A DNA stretch of 64,000 bases from Bdellovibrionales bacterium RIFOXYD12_FULL_39_22 (GCA_001770205.1 MEQL01000061.1:62001-126000), one strand, 5' to 3'; positions 30,091 through 41,414 are shown, counted from the first letter of the stretch. The notes: generated by a model from the letters alone, not told the origin. Translations and numbers: made by a program.

Positions 30091-30786
30091 ATGAGCAAAG
30101 GAAATATACAAAATATTTCAGTGATAATTAAAAAGCTCCAAGAGTCCAGGGAAAAGATGATGGCCTTTTATTCCTTTGATCATCATTTGCTGCAAGCAGA
30201 AGTTGTGCTCTCCTCTTACAAAAGCGACAAAGATTCTTTGCTTTTTAAGTTTGACGAGCGCGCGGCATACTATCTACGGGAGATGATTTCTGGAGACAAT
30301 CGCATCAATCTTTTTATTCCCAGCAAATCAATAACCATCATTACGACATTTAAAGAAATATCTACCGACGGCATTTTAACAACCTCTTTTCCTCAAAAGA
30401 TTATTAAGTTTGACCGGCGCAATACCAAGCGAATTTTGCCTAATAGTGTTATTGAAATTAAGGCCACCTCCAAGGGACGATCTTTTATTGAGCGTTGTTT
30501 TGATATCTCTCCTCGCGGCCTCTCCATTATTACGGCAAATAAGATTTTGTCCAAACTTCCCCTGGGGAGTTTATGCACAATGGAAATTAGTATTTTGCGC
30601 ACCAAGTTTATTGTCCGCGCTCAACTAATTGCCGTAAACAAAGTTGAGATGTTTACAGACAAAAACACTCCCTATGGAAATCAGCGCTTAGCTTTTAAGT
30701 TTGAAAATCTTAATGCTGAGGGGGAGCGATTTTTAGAAGATTTTGTGAATGGACATCTGGCCATTTTTCGTGGCAGTGTTGTTTAA
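30091..30786 (+). CDS. PilZ-domain c-di-GMP-binding protein (YcgR-like architecture)
   Basis: RxxxR (RRNTKR) and DxSxxG (DISPRG) motifs; adjacent to the flagellins. Confidence 0.8.
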   Translation: MSKGNIQNISVIIKKLQESREKMMAFYSFDHHLLQAEVVLSSYKSDKDSLLFKFDERAAYYLREMISGDNRINLFIPSKSITIITTFKEISTDGILTTSFPQKIIKFDRRNTKRILPNSVIEIKATSKGRSFIERCFDISPRGLSIITANKILSKLPLGSLCTMEISILRTKFIVRAQLIAVNKVEMFTDKNTPYGNQRLAFKFENLNAEGERFLEDFVNGHLAIFRGSVV

Positions 30787-30793
30787 AATTGTT

Positions 30794-31561
30794 ATGAATC
30801 AATCAATAATATTCTCCGCTATTTCTGATCTGCACATAACCGGCCCGCAAGATCCGGCCTATGCCCTTCTGCTAAAGTTTTTAAACTCTCCCGAGGTTTC
30901 TATTTCTCAAGAGATTTTCCTTTTAGGTGATATTTTCGATGTAATGATTGGAGATCTTCCAGAATATCTTTCGCTATATGATTCTTTTTTTAAAAAAACA
31001 CAACAACTACTTGATGAAAAAAAAACCATTCATTTTTTTGAGGGTAATCATGATTTCCACTTAAGAAGATTATTTCATCGGGCATTTTGCCAGCGGCCTG
31101 ACCTAATTAGCAATTTTCATTACTATTTCGACGGCATAAGACGCGAATTTAGCGGAAAAACTTATTATTTTGGCCACGGTGATGATTTACTAAGCAATGA
31201 TTCCTTTTATTTTCTATATCGCACAATCATTCGCTCTTGGCCTTTTCGTCTGTTGGCAGAACATCTCCTCACTTATCAGGCCATAAATAATATTGCCAAA
31301 TTTTTATCCTCTTCCTTCGGAAAAAATCGACGCCCTTTTGATAGTAAAAATGAAAAAATTATCTCGCATTATCGTCGCCTAGCTTCTGACTCTTTTCAAA
31401 AAATGAAAATTGATACCATTATTATTGGCCATTCTCATGTTATGGACCTGGCAAAATTGAGAGACGGCCAGCGTTATATTAATCTTGGCCATGGGGGGCG
31501 CGATAAGCAATTTCTTTTTGCAGAACACGGTAACTTTTATTTGAAAAATCTTTCTCTCTAA
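30794..31561 (+). CDS. lpxH: UDP-2,3-diacylglucosamine hydrolase-like metallophosphoesterase
   Basis: ISDLH, LLGDIFD, EGNHD, HGD, GHSH. Confidence 0.82.
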   Translation: MNQSIIFSAISDLHITGPQDPAYALLLKFLNSPEVSISQEIFLLGDIFDVMIGDLPEYLSLYDSFFKKTQQLLDEKKTIHFFEGNHDFHLRRLFHRAFCQRPDLISNFHYYFDGIRREFSGKTYYFGHGDDLLSNDSFYFLYRTIIRSWPFRLLAEHLLTYQAINNIAKFLSSSFGKNRRPFDSKNEKIISHYRRLASDSFQKMKIDTIIIGHSHVMDLAKLRDGQRYINLGHGGRDKQFLFAEHGNFYLKNLSL

Positions 31562-31645
31562 GTTGGTTGAAATCTTAAAATGCCCTGCCGCAGTGCTCAG
31601 AAAAAGAATGACGTACCTTACCAATAGAGGTATTTTTATTGCTGT

Positions 31646-31960
31646 ATGGGATCTGAAAAGAAAAACAACACGATCGTTGAACTTTTAAATCAAGTGCGGC
31701 GGGCCAACAGCGATGAAAAGTTTTTAGAACTTCTAAATTTAGGAGGCAATGCCTGCGCGCTGGAAATCGCCAAATCACAAAATGCCACACCGTCTATTTT
31801 AGATTATCTATTGCGCTTTCGCCCAGTGGCAATTCGCCATGCTGTGGCAAAAAATAACAACACTTCAATTTCCACCCTGGAAGCACTCACCTCCGATTCC
31901 GAAATGTTGGTACGAGATAGCGCTAAGGTCAATCTACTTCTCCGCGCTTCCGTCCGATGA
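31646..31960 (+). CDS. Small LRV/HEAT-repeat-like protein
   Basis: IAKSQNATPSIL and VAKNNNTSISTLEAL repeats; RBS GAGG upstream. Confidence 0.6.
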   Translation: MGSEKKNNTIVELLNQVRRANSDEKFLELLNLGGNACALEIAKSQNATPSILDYLLRFRPVAIRHAVAKNNNTSISTLEALTSDSEMLVRDSAKVNLLLRASVR

Positions 31961-32989
31961 TTTGTGCAAATCACGCCAGCTTTTTCCAACTCGATTAGCG
32001 CGCTCTTTTTGAAACTTATTAACTGCTGCCAAATGATCTTTATAACGTTCCGTAAAAACATGATGGCCATCATTTTGACTAACAAAGAAAAGATAATTAT
32101 GTCTGGCCGGAGACAAGACCGCCGAAATGGCCTCTACCCCGGGATTACAAATCGGCCCTATCGGTAAGTCGCTAGTCGTGTAGGTATTATAAGGGGTACT
32201 GGCAAGCAAATCGGCTTTGCGTAAATTACCATTAAAGTTTTCATAGATCCCATAAATAGTCGTAGGATCTGATTGCAGTCGCATTTTTTTTATCAGTCGA
32301 TTCCAAAAAACCCCAGCGATAACTGGGCGCTCAGAACTTGCCCCGGTCTCCTTTTCCACAATAGAGGCCAGTGTCACCACCTGATGTTTTGATAAAGAGG
32401 TAACTGAAAAATCCAAGTTGGCAGTTTTTTCGTTAAAGCGCCGAACCATGGCCTGAATTACTTGTGGCGGTGTAGACTCTGGCGAAAATTGATAGGTGTC
32501 AGGGTAAAGATACCCTTCAATTCGCTCGGCGCTAACTCCTAAATGTTCAGCAAAATTGGCGTCCTTGGCATAACGAATAAACTGTTCATATGAAACAATT
32601 CCTTGTGCTTCTAATATTTTCCCAATTTCAAAAATATTTTTTCCTTCGGGAATAGTTACCCTAGCTGTAACCGGTGCTCCTAAAATTAAAATATTAATCA
32701 ACGAGTCCATATTAGTTTTGCTGGGAATTTTGAAGTGGCCACTTTTAAACTTTGTCATTATCTCTTTGAATTGTGCATAACGATGAAATGTTTTGGTACT
32801 ACTGATTAACCCTTCCTTTCCCAAGCGATAGTTTATAGAAGAAAAACCCTCTCCGGGAGAAATTTTAAATATCTTCTCTTCCCCAGCGTACTGCCACGAA
32901 TATATATTGTAATACAGGCGCACGCCAACCATTATGGCGCCCACAAGTGGCGCCCAAAAAAGAAATAACCACAACGTTTTTTTTAACAT
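31934..32989 (-). CDS. mltG: Endolytic transglycosylase MltG
   Basis: N-terminal TM, TIPEG, EGYLYPDTY, LASIVEKET, LQSDPT, YNTY. Confidence 0.96.
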   Translation of the reverse strand: MLKKTLWLFLFWAPLVGAIMVGVRLYYNIYSWQYAGEEKIFKISPGEGFSSINYRLGKEGLISSTKTFHRYAQFKEIMTKFKSGHFKIPSKTNMDSLINILILGAPVTARVTIPEGKNIFEIGKILEAQGIVSYEQFIRYAKDANFAEHLGVSAERIEGYLYPDTYQFSPESTPPQVIQAMVRRFNEKTANLDFSVTSLSKHQVVTLASIVEKETGASSERPVIAGVFWNRLIKKMRLQSDPTTIYGIYENFNGNLRKADLLASTPYNTYTTSDLPIGPICNPGVEAISAVLSPARHNYLFFVSQNDGHHVFTERYKDHLAAVNKFQKERANRVGKSWRDLHKSSDGSAEK

Positions 32990-33015
32990 AGTTTCTGCCC
33001 TGTTTTTTACTCTAG

Positions 33016-33501
33016 TTATGGCGCATTGATAGAGAACTTAACCAGTCTCTCCGCCCGAATAAAATCCTCAAGAATTATTGCCGCAGCGAACGCATCTAGC
33101 TTTTCCTTGTTAACTTTAAAATTATATTGAGGAGACTCTTTCATGCGCGCCTCCGCCTCTACCGAAGTTAGTGTCTCGTCTTGTAGAAAAAATTGGCACC
33201 CTGCTATTTTTAACGAGAGGCCAGCAGCAAATTCGCGCACCCGCAGAGTCATCTTACTCTCATTGCCATCAAGGTAATGAGGGAGGCCCAACACTACAAC
33301 CTCCACAAATTCCTCATCAATGACGCAAATAATCTCCTCAACAAGTCTTTCATCACTAATGTACTTTATCTGCTTAAAGGGAGTAGGATAGGGATCTCGG
33401 CCGGGACGATAGGTGGCCAGACCGGCCTGTTTAGTGCCAAAATCGATGGCCAAGATCGTTTTATTTAAAAAGGTGTTATAGTTCTTATAGGTTATGTACA
33501 T
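33016..33501 (-). CDS. ruvX: YqgF/RuvX nuclease
   Basis: LAIDFGTK, VLGLP, DETLTS, DAFAAAIIL. Confidence 0.92.
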   Translation of the reverse strand: MYITYKNYNTFLNKTILAIDFGTKQAGLATYRPGRDPYPTPFKQIKYISDERLVEEIICVIDEEFVEVVVLGLPHYLDGNESKMTLRVREFAAGLSLKIAGCQFFLQDETLTSVEAEARMKESPQYNFKVNKEKLDAFAAAIILEDFIRAERLVKFSINAP

Positions 33502-33716
33502 CTTGGGCAGTGATTTTACCTATCAAAATATTTTATTCAAGAGATTTTATAATTTCATAAATGATTCTTGACAAAATAATGGAAGCAGATAATATGAAAG
33601 AGTATAAACTTTAAGTTTAGAATATTCCCAACAACATTAGGCCTAGATTTTCATATAAAAAGTTATTTTGTGATTTTACCAATCGATCGGTTATTATTTA
33701 TCAGGAGAAATGATTA

Positions 33717-34964
33717 ATGCATCTTAATGATCTTAGAGAAAAAGACATCGTTGAACTAACACAACTTGCCACAGATATGGCAGTCGAAAATCCCGGCGCA
33801 CTTCGGCGACATGAGCTGATTTTTGCTATTTTAAAAACACACTCCCAAAATGATGAAGAAATTTTTGGCGAAGGCGTTTTAGAAATATTGCCTGACGGTT
33901 TTGGATTTTTGCGCTCCCCTGGCTATAACTATTTGCCAGGTGCTGACGATATCTATGTTAGCCCCAGTCAAATTCGCCGTTTTGGTTTGCGCAAAGGCGA
34001 CTCGGTAACTGGCCAAATTCGCCCACCCAAAGAGGGTGAGCGCTACTTCGCCCTGCTCAAGGTCAACGAAGTAAATTTCCACTCTATGGAAGATCACAAA
34101 AAGACGGTGCTATTTGATAACTTAACACCGCTTTTTCCTTCTAAAAAAATTCAACTTGAGTTTCACCCAACCAATTATAATACTCGCATCATTGATCTTT
34201 TCGTACCCCAGGGCTTTGGCCAACGCTGTTTAATCGTTGCTCCTCCCAAGGCCGGAAAAACTGTTTTGCTAAAAGATATGGCCAATGCCATTACCTCTAA
34301 TCATAAAGATGCCTTTGTTATTGTACTTCTAATCGATGAGCGGCCGGAGGAAGTAACAGATATGCGTCGAAGTGTTCAGGCCGAAGTGGTTTCTAGTACT
34401 TTTGATGAGCCGGCCAATCGTCACGTGCAAGTTGCGGAGATGGTAATTGAAAAGGCCAAGCGTCTAACCGAGGCCGGAAAAGATGTCGTTATTCTTCTCG
34501 ATTCAATTACTCGCCTGGCCCGCGCTTATAACACTGTTGTTCCACCGTCGGGGAAAATTTTATCTGGAGGAGTGGATTCTAATGCTCTTCATAAACCTAA
34601 GCGTTTCTTTGGTGCAGCTCGCAATATAGAAAATGGTGGATCACTTACTATCATTGCCACTGCCCTTATTGATACTGGCTCTAGGATGGATGAGGTTATT
34701 TTCGAAGAATTCAAAGGAACAGGTAACTCTGAAATTCAGCTGGATCGTAAGCTTCTAGAGAAAAGAATTTATCCATGTCTCGATATTAATAAATCGTCCA
34801 CTCGAAAAGAAGATCTGCTAATGACAGATCAAGATCTACAGCGCGTAATTTTGCTACGAAGAGTTCTACATCCAATGAACACTATTGACTCCATGGAATT
34901 CATGCTAAGCAGAATTGTGAAGACCAAAACTAATGATTCTTTCCTAGAATCCATGAATGGTTAG
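33717..34964 (+). CDS. rho: Transcription termination factor Rho
   Basis: [35 protein letters not shown]. Confidence 0.99.
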   Translation: MHLNDLREKDIVELTQLATDMAVENPGALRRHELIFAILKTHSQNDEEIFGEGVLEILPDGFGFLRSPGYNYLPGADDIYVSPSQIRRFGLRKGDSVTGQIRPPKEGERYFALLKVNEVNFHSMEDHKKTVLFDNLTPLFPSKKIQLEFHPTNYNTRIIDLFVPQGFGQRCLIVAPPKAGKTVLLKDMANAITSNHKDAFVIVLLIDERPEEVTDMRRSVQAEVVSSTFDEPANRHVQVAEMVIEKAKRLTEAGKDVVILLDSITRLARAYNTVVPPSGKILSGGVDSNALHKPKRFFGAARNIENGGSLTIIATALIDTGSRMDEVIFEEFKGTGNSEIQLDRKLLEKRIYPCLDINKSSTRKEDLLMTDQDLQRVILLRRVLHPMNTIDSMEFMLSRIVKTKTNDSFLESMNG

Positions 34965-34974
34965 GCACTAATTT

Positions 34975-36078
34975 ATGAATGATCTCAACAAACAGTTCAC
35001 CTCCATTGGTGGCCAGGCCGTCATTGAGGGTGTTATGATGCGCTCTCCTCACTCTTTTGTCGTGGCAGTTCGTCATCCAGAGGGACAAATTAGACTTCGC
35101 CGCGATCAATGGTTTGGGCTCTCGGCCCGTTTTAATTTCTTAAAAAAACCTTTTTTGCGGGGAGTGTTAATCCTTATTGAGACCATGGCAAACGGAATTG
35201 TGGCACTCAATTATTCGGCCTCTATTGCTATGGATGAAGAGCTAAAGCAAGAAGCTCTCAAAAAGGGAATTTCTGCGGAGGATTACGAGAAAAAAAAGAG
35301 CGAGAAGGAAAAAGTTAGTTTTGCAACCTTCTTAACCATTCTTGTTTCGTTTGCTTTTGGAATTTTACTCTTCGTTGCAGTTCCTCATATGTTAACGGCA
35401 ATTCTGGAAAAGTCTGCCGGAGCACAATGGGGATTAGATGGATATCAATTCCATTTGATAGACGGAATAATCAAGGCCTGTATTTTTATCCTTTATGTTT
35501 ATCTCATCAGTTTCTTGCCGGACATTAAGCGTGTTTTTCAATATCACGGGGCCGAGCACAAAGCGATCTCCACTTTTGAGGCCCGCGAAGCTTTAACGGT
35601 GGAAAACGCCAAAAAATATAAAACCTTCCACCCCCGCTGTGGAACAACTTTCATTTTTTTCCTACTTTTTATTTCCATTATTATCTTTTCAGCACTTTTT
35701 ACTGTTATCTCCGTTGGGGCCAATCAACATTTTTTGATCAAGCATCTTTTGGCAATTTTAATTAAAATTGCGCTAACCTTTCCCGTGGCCGGTCTCTCTT
35801 ATGAATTAATTAAAATTTCTGGAAAATACGCCAATACTTTGTGGGGGAAAATTTTAAGCTATCCCGGAATGCTTTTACAGCGTTTAACTACAAAAGAGCC
35901 TGATGATCAACAACTGGAAGTAGCTCTGGCCTCTATCAAAATGGTTTTATTTTTAGAAGAAAAATATAATCTCAAAGATGCCAAAGAAAAAGTAATTGCC
36001 ATTGATGAGGTGGACATTAAAAACCTTAGCGAGGTGGAAGTTTCTAACTTGCAAATTAGAGACTTCTTAGAACACTAA
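34975..36078 (+). CDS. DUF1385 family membrane protein
   Basis: IGGQAVIEGVMMR, FQYHGAEHK, HPRCGT, QRLTTKEP. Confidence 0.92.
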   Translation: MNDLNKQFTSIGGQAVIEGVMMRSPHSFVVAVRHPEGQIRLRRDQWFGLSARFNFLKKPFLRGVLILIETMANGIVALNYSASIAMDEELKQEALKKGISAEDYEKKKSEKEKVSFATFLTILVSFAFGILLFVAVPHMLTAILEKSAGAQWGLDGYQFHLIDGIIKACIFILYVYLISFLPDIKRVFQYHGAEHKAISTFEAREALTVENAKKYKTFHPRCGTTFIFFLLFISIIIFSALFTVISVGANQHFLIKHLLAILIKIALTFPVAGLSYELIKISGKYANTLWGKILSYPGMLLQRLTTKEPDDQQLEVALASIKMVLFLEEKYNLKDAKEKVIAIDEVDIKNLSEVEVSNLQIRDFLEH

Positions 36079-37145
36079 TGTTTAACAAACTAGATGCCGT
36101 TGTACAGCGTTTTGAACAGTTAACTGAGAAGTTGGCAGACCCTTCCATCTATGACCGACAAGAGGAATTAAAAAAAGTATCTGAAGAACGGGCCAATATT
36201 GAACCAATTGTTGAAGCGTATAAGCACTATAAAAAAGTTAAGCAAGAACTAGAAGAATCAAAAGATCTAATCAAAAGTGAAAAAGATGGGGAGATGATTG
36301 AGCTTCTCAAAGAAGAAATTGCCGAAAAGAATAAGGCCATTCCTAACCTCGAAAGTGAACTTAAAGTACTACTTCTTCCCAAAGATCCTGATGATGATAA
36401 AAACGTCATGGTGGAAATTCGCGCTGGAGCAGGAGGGGATGAGGCCTCTATTTTCGTTGGCGATGTCTATCGTATGTATCAAAATTTTTTAAAAGAACTA
36501 GGATTTAAATCTGAACTAGTTTCCGTCAGCAAAGGTGATGAGGGGCTTAAAGAAATTATTTTCAGTATCAACGGCCCTAAAGCATTTTCTATGTTTAAAT
36601 ATGAAGGTGGAGTTCACCGCGTTCAGCGCGTTCCCAAAACGGAAGCGCAAGGACGTATTCACACCTCAACTATTACCGTGGCCGTTATGCCCGAGGTTGA
36701 TGAGGTTGAGTTTGAACTTAATATGAATGAAGTACGCATTGATGTTTATCGCTCCGGAGGATCTGGTGGACAGTCTGTTAACACCACTGATTCGGCAGTG
36801 CGCGTCACCCATCTTCCTACGGGAATGGTGGTGGCCATACAGGATGAAAAATCACAAATAAAAAACAAGGCCAAGGCGCTTAAAATTTTGCGCAATCGCA
36901 TTCATGATCAAATGATTCAAGAGCAAAAGGCCGCGGAAGATGCTAAGCGACTAGGAATGGTCGGACGAGGTGACCGCTCCGAACGTATTCGTACCTATAA
37001 TTTTCCACAAGGAAGACTTACTGATCATCGCATCGGCCTAACTCTATATTCCCTAGATAAAATAATCGAAGGCGATATGCGCCCAGTGATTGATGCCCTG
37101 ATTGCTTACAATCAAGCGCAACTACTTAAAGGCCAAGAAGATTGA
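36078..37145 (+). CDS. prfA: Peptide chain release factor 1
   Basis: PKT anticodon-mimic tripeptide, GGQ, RTYNF. Confidence 0.98.
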   Translation: MFNKLDAVVQRFEQLTEKLADPSIYDRQEELKKVSEERANIEPIVEAYKHYKKVKQELEESKDLIKSEKDGEMIELLKEEIAEKNKAIPNLESELKVLLLPKDPDDDKNVMVEIRAGAGGDEASIFVGDVYRMYQNFLKELGFKSELVSVSKGDEGLKEIIFSINGPKAFSMFKYEGGVHRVQRVPKTEAQGRIHTSTITVAVMPEVDEVEFELNMNEVRIDVYRSGGSGGQSVNTTDSAVRVTHLPTGMVVAIQDEKSQIKNKAKALKILRNRIHDQMIQEQKAAEDAKRLGMVGRGDRSERIRTYNFPQGRLTDHRIGLTLYSLDKIIEGDMRPVIDALIAYNQAQLLKGQED

Positions 37146-37149
37146 TCTT

Positions 37150-38013
37150 ATGTCCACAAAAACCTATGAGGCCTTGGCAGAGTTTTTCGAAACTCACCAG
37201 CAAAATCTAATACAATTTTATCCAGGATTAACACTGCGACGTCTAGAGCAAGAGTGGAGCCTTTTTTCTCGAATTACCTCTCAACCGCTCTCACTTTTTT
37301 TGCAAAAACTAAAACAAGGAATTCCTCTTGCATATATTTCTGGTAGCTCCTATTTTTACAAGGCCGAATTTTTTATTACTCCCGATGTTTTAATTCCTCG
37401 CTATGAGACCGAGATTCTTGTGGAAATGGGCGTGAAGGAAATTTTTAAAATAGCGCAAGGCCCAAACTCCATTATAAGGATCGCTGACATGGGTACAGGA
37501 AGTGGGGCCATTATTCTCTCCTTGTTACAAGATTGCACTCTCATTAAAAATCAAATAGAGGCGACCGCCACCGACATTAGTCAAGCGGCCCTAAATGTTG
37601 CTAAAACAAACTACGACTCCCTTCGCACACATCTGGCCTCAAATCATAAGCTGACTTTTTTACATGCAGATCGTTTAACAAAGCTTTCCACTCCACAACA
37701 ACTAATTATTACCAATCCACCATATATAAAAGCAAAGGAAGATCTTTCCACGGTTCATCCAATGGTAAAAAAATTTGAGCCAGAACTGGCCTTATTTTTG
37801 AAAGATGATGAATATGAAAATTGGTTTGAAAATATGTTTATCCAAGCATACAATCTGTTGCAAATGGAGGGTGTTTTCTTAATGGAAGGCCACGAAAATC
37901 ACCTTCCACTTCTTTCAAAAATAGCAGCACACTGTGGCCTTTCCCAAATTACTATCCATCCTGACTTAACGGGGCGGAAGCGATTTTTACGAGCATGTCG
38001 AATAAAGGAGTGA
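37150..38013 (+). CDS. prmC: Release factor glutamine methyltransferase
   Basis: VLIPRYETE, DMGTGSG, NPPY; directly after prfA. Confidence 0.92.
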   Translation: MSTKTYEALAEFFETHQQNLIQFYPGLTLRRLEQEWSLFSRITSQPLSLFLQKLKQGIPLAYISGSSYFYKAEFFITPDVLIPRYETEILVEMGVKEIFKIAQGPNSIIRIADMGTGSGAIILSLLQDCTLIKNQIEATATDISQAALNVAKTNYDSLRTHLASNHKLTFLHADRLTKLSTPQQLIITNPPYIKAKEDLSTVHPMVKKFEPELALFLKDDEYENWFENMFIQAYNLLQMEGVFLMEGHENHLPLLSKIAAHCGLSQITIHPDLTGRKRFLRACRIKE

Positions 38014-38020
38014 TTATCAA

Positions 38021-39292
38021 ATGGATAAATTATTAATCGAAGGCCCTGCTAAACTATCTGGTATCGTAAAAATCTCTAATTCAAAAAACGCCTATCTTCC
38101 CATTTTGGCCGGAGTTTTACTTTCCTCTAAACGTGTCCGCCTAAAAAATCTTCCCGCGCTTCGAGATATTCGCACCATGGTAAAATTGCTAGAAAATTTA
38201 GGCGTTAAAAGTACTCCCGATATCACAAAGGCCAATTATTCTTTTCTGGCCGACAATATAACTTCGCTTGAAGCAACTTATGATCTAGTTAAAACAATGC
38301 GTGCATCTGTTTTGGTGTTAGGCCCTCTCTTGGCCCGCTACAAGCGTGCCAAGGTTTCTCTTCCAGGAGGTTGCGCGATTGGAACACGTCCTATTGATAT
38401 TCATCTTTCTTGCATGAGTAAACTGGGAGCGAAAGTACAACTAGAGGGCGGCTACGTAGAAGTTTCTGCAGAAAAATTAATTGGCACTCGCATCGTATTG
38501 CCCTTTCCCTCCGTGGGGGCCACTGAGAATGTAATGATGGCCGCAGTATTAGCACAAGGAGAAACAGTTATTGAAAATGCTGCAATGGAACCAGAGATTG
38601 AAGATCTAGGAAATTTCCTCATCGCTATGGGCGTAAAGATTGAGGGGCTTAAAACTTCTAGTATAAAAGTTCAAGGAACTACCGTTTCTAATCTTAAAGA
38701 GGTTGAATATGAAGCAATACCGGATCGAATAGAGGCCGGAACTTATCTGATGGCCGCCCTGGCCACACACTCCGAAATCACCATAGAAAATGCCATTGCT
38801 TCTCATCTTGATTGTGTTATTGACACCTTGAAAAACATGGGGGCCAAACTCGAAATAGGCAAACGCCAGATTAAAGTTTTTGCCAGCACATTAAAGGGCG
38901 TTAATATTGACACGGCACCCTATCCCGGATTTCCGACGGACCTACAGGCACAACTAATTGCTTTGGCAACTCAGTCCAACGGACAATCTATTATCTCCGA
39001 GCATATTTTTGAAAATAGGTTTATGCATGTTCCAGAATTAAATCGCCTAGGCGCAGGTATAGTTTTAAAAAGCAATGCTGCCATCATTCCTGGAAATTTA
39101 CAGCTGAAGGCCGCTCCCGTTATGTGTACTGATTTGCGCGCTAGTGCTGCCTTGGCAATCGCCGCCCTGGCCGCCCACGGAACCACCCAAATGCAGCGAG
39201 TTTATCACCTAGACCGCGGATATGACGGCCTAGATATCAAACTTAAAAATCTAGGAGTTAATATCTCTAGAAAAAATGATTCCGAAGAATAA
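38021..39292 (+). CDS. murA: UDP-N-acetylglucosamine 1-carboxyvinyltransferase
   Basis: MRAS, LPGGCAIG, SVGAT, PGFPTD, FENRF, DLRA. Confidence 0.98.
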   Translation: MDKLLIEGPAKLSGIVKISNSKNAYLPILAGVLLSSKRVRLKNLPALRDIRTMVKLLENLGVKSTPDITKANYSFLADNITSLEATYDLVKTMRASVLVLGPLLARYKRAKVSLPGGCAIGTRPIDIHLSCMSKLGAKVQLEGGYVEVSAEKLIGTRIVLPFPSVGATENVMMAAVLAQGETVIENAAMEPEIEDLGNFLIAMGVKIEGLKTSSIKVQGTTVSNLKEVEYEAIPDRIEAGTYLMAALATHSEITIENAIASHLDCVIDTLKNMGAKLEIGKRQIKVFASTLKGVNIDTAPYPGFPTDLQAQLIALATQSNGQSIISEHIFENRFMHVPELNRLGAGIVLKSNAAIIPGNLQLKAAPVMCTDLRASAALAIAALAAHGTTQMQRVYHLDRGYDGLDIKLKNLGVNISRKNDSEE

Positions 39293-39312
39293 TTTAAATA
39301 GGGAGGAGCGCA

Positions 39313-39663
39313 ATGCATGATGATAAAAATTGTATCTTTTGCAAAATTATTAGCGGAGAAATACCTGGTAGCAAAGTCTACGATGATAAAAACGTCATCG
39401 CATTTAGAGATATTCAACCTGCTGCCGAACTCCATCTGCTATTTATTCATAAAGAACACACCGTTAACATTAATGAGATGATGATGAAACATCCAAAACA
39501 ATTAATAGAAATTTTTGAGGCGATTAATCAATTTACCAGCGAAAACGATTTGATTAATAAGGGATATCGTATTATTTCTAACGTTGGAAAAAATGCCGGC
39601 CAATCCGTTTTCCACACACATTTCCATTTGTTGTCTGGAAAACGGTTGGGCGGCATTAACTAA
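39313..39663 (+). CDS. Histidine triad nucleotide-binding protein
   Basis: CIFCKI and HTHFH. Confidence 0.93.
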   Translation: MHDDKNCIFCKIISGEIPGSKVYDDKNVIAFRDIQPAAELHLLFIHKEHTVNINEMMMKHPKQLIEIFEAINQFTSENDLINKGYRIISNVGKNAGQSVFHTHFHLLSGKRLGGIN

Positions 39664-39680
39664 GCTACTTCTCATTAATC

Positions 39681-41414
39681 TTAGAACGTTCCTGTTTTAT
39701 AAACCTCTCCAGTAAATTCATACTTGGTTTGATCAACATGTGGTTTAGGTGTTAATTCATAACTTTCTGTCCGAAAATTTTCAAGACGTAAGTATCTACA
39801 CTTGCTCCATCGCTGAAAACCTAGACTCATTTTTTTATTGTCAACAACTGTTGGCATAATAATTTCGATACTGTGATTTTTCCCAAGAACATTTGGATAG
39901 AAATGCAATCTTAGCATCATTTCTGAACCCTTTTTGTAAATTACCTTACCATTCTTTGGAAGAAGATCGCTAATCTTAACTTCCTTACCACCTATTCTTA
40001 CATTAAGATGTTTGCCAAAATTACTATTGTTAAAAATCAATGGCGAGGTTGTAGTTTTAACTAAAACTTTATCATATGCTTGGCAACTTCTCATTGTGTT
40101 TTCATAGACAATAACTGGAACATCAATTTTTGATTCCTTGTATGTTGAAGAAGTAATGGTTGCAGACAATGATAGCATCACCTCATCATCTCCATTAATA
40201 TTTTCAATGGCTATTTTGCCATTTTTAACTTTCCCAGTAGAAACAACTGACGTTACTCTACTGCTAGCATAGAGTTCAGATCCCAGGGCATACGTAATAA
40301 TCAAAGTTTTTTCCGGAGAAATTGTTTCGAAACTATCTGTTTCCGTAAACGTACCATCATTTTGGCCAAATATTTTCCAAATTCCTAAGAGAGAATTAGT
40401 GGCCGAAAAATTTATCCAGTCCACTGGTAAATTTAATGAATTTTTTAATTCATATAGTGTGGTTACTTGTCCGTATTCATTAAAAGAGACTGCTGCATCT
40501 AGCGTTGTAAGAAAAGTTCGAATATCTTTAAAGTTTTTAACATATAAAACTTCCGTGTATGACGGCATCGAAATTATTACTTTACAATATTCTGTTTGCA
40601 AACTTTCTTTCAATTCATTGTAACGAATAATGTCTCCATCTTTTGTCGCCATGACAAAATTATTGATGGTGATGGCCTGAGATTTATCATGAGTAATACT
40701 ATCTTTTACAACCTGCGCCGATAAATTCTGTGCCTCCGCAGTATAAAAGGGGCGAAGTGAATTACTGTTTTCAATTTCAATTTTTTCAGCAGTCAATTCA
40801 CTTTGCATTAGCATGCTATTTCTAATTTGAAGCAACCTTTGTGTATTAACATCATAAATAGATGATGATAGCTCAATTGCAGAAAATGACTCTAGTCCTT
40901 CCGTATTCTTGTGAGAAAATGAAAAATCAATGGCCACAAGGCCACTATCTTGAATTAAATTCTGCAAACCACTACCGTATAAATTTTTTTGAAAGGGAAT
41001 TGCTAACGTACTACTCCAGGATGGAAATATATAAGTATCTTCATCGCTTTCGGAAAGAAGATCTGTTATCTCATAATTTTGGGAGGCAATAGACTTTTGG
41101 GTTAGTCTTAAAATCTTTTGCCTAAGCAGTGATCTAACTTCTGCCGAACTATTTTCCGAGAGAGATTTAACAGAGACGTTTCCATCTAGTTCAGAAACTT
41201 GAAAGCTGGCACGGCGTGATAGCATTTTCTCTACTTGAATTTTAGGAAGGCGTAAAATGTTTTCATTTTTTTCAGTAGATTTAATCGCTTCACGAGAATC
41301 ATCAATAAAAGGACGCCCATCTTGATGGTGAGGGGCAACAACCGGAAGGCCTTTGCCACAGGAAGAGAGAAGAATAAGGGCCAGTAAGGCCAGAAAATTT
41401 TTCATAATTTGCAT
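39681..41414 (-). CDS. Hypothetical lipoprotein (577 aa)
   Basis: Lipobox LSSC; RBS AAGGAG; no family recognised. Confidence 0.7.
   Translation of the reverse strand: MQIMKNFLALLALILLSSCGKGLPVVAPHHQDGRPFIDDSREAIKSTEKNENILRLPKIQVEKMLSRRASFQVSELDGNVSVKSLSENSSAEVRSLLRQKILRLTQKSIASQNYEITDLLSESDEDTYIFPSWSSTLAIPFQKNLYGSGLQNLIQDSGLVAIDFSFSHKNTEGLESFSAIELSSSIYDVNTQRLLQIRNSMLMQSELTAEKIEIENSNSLRPFYTAEAQNLSAQVVKDSITHDKSQAITINNFVMATKDGDIIRYNELKESLQTEYCKVIISMPSYTEVLYVKNFKDIRTFLTTLDAAVSFNEYGQVTTLYELKNSLNLPVDWINFSATNSLLGIWKIFGQNDGTFTETDSFETISPEKTLIITYALGSELYASSRVTSVVSTGKVKNGKIAIENINGDDEVMLSLSATITSSTYKESKIDVPVIVYENTMRSCQAYDKVLVKTTTSPLIFNNSNFGKHLNVRIGGKEVKISDLLPKNGKVIYKKGSEMMLRLHFYPNVLGKNHSIEIIMPTVVDNKKMSLGFQRWSKCRYLRLENFRTESYELTPKPHVDQTKYEFTGEVYKTGTF

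Noticed and set aside
31934..31960. Convergent 27-bp overlap of mltG and the small repeat protein
   Set aside because: Short 3' overlaps are common and nothing suggests a function
34415..34432. CACGTG core in rho as a canonical parS
   Set aside because: Flanks do not match GTTTCACGTGAAAC
39313..39663. Bdellovibrio hit (host interaction) locus
   Set aside because: This is an ordinary histidine-triad protein; the shared name is coincidental
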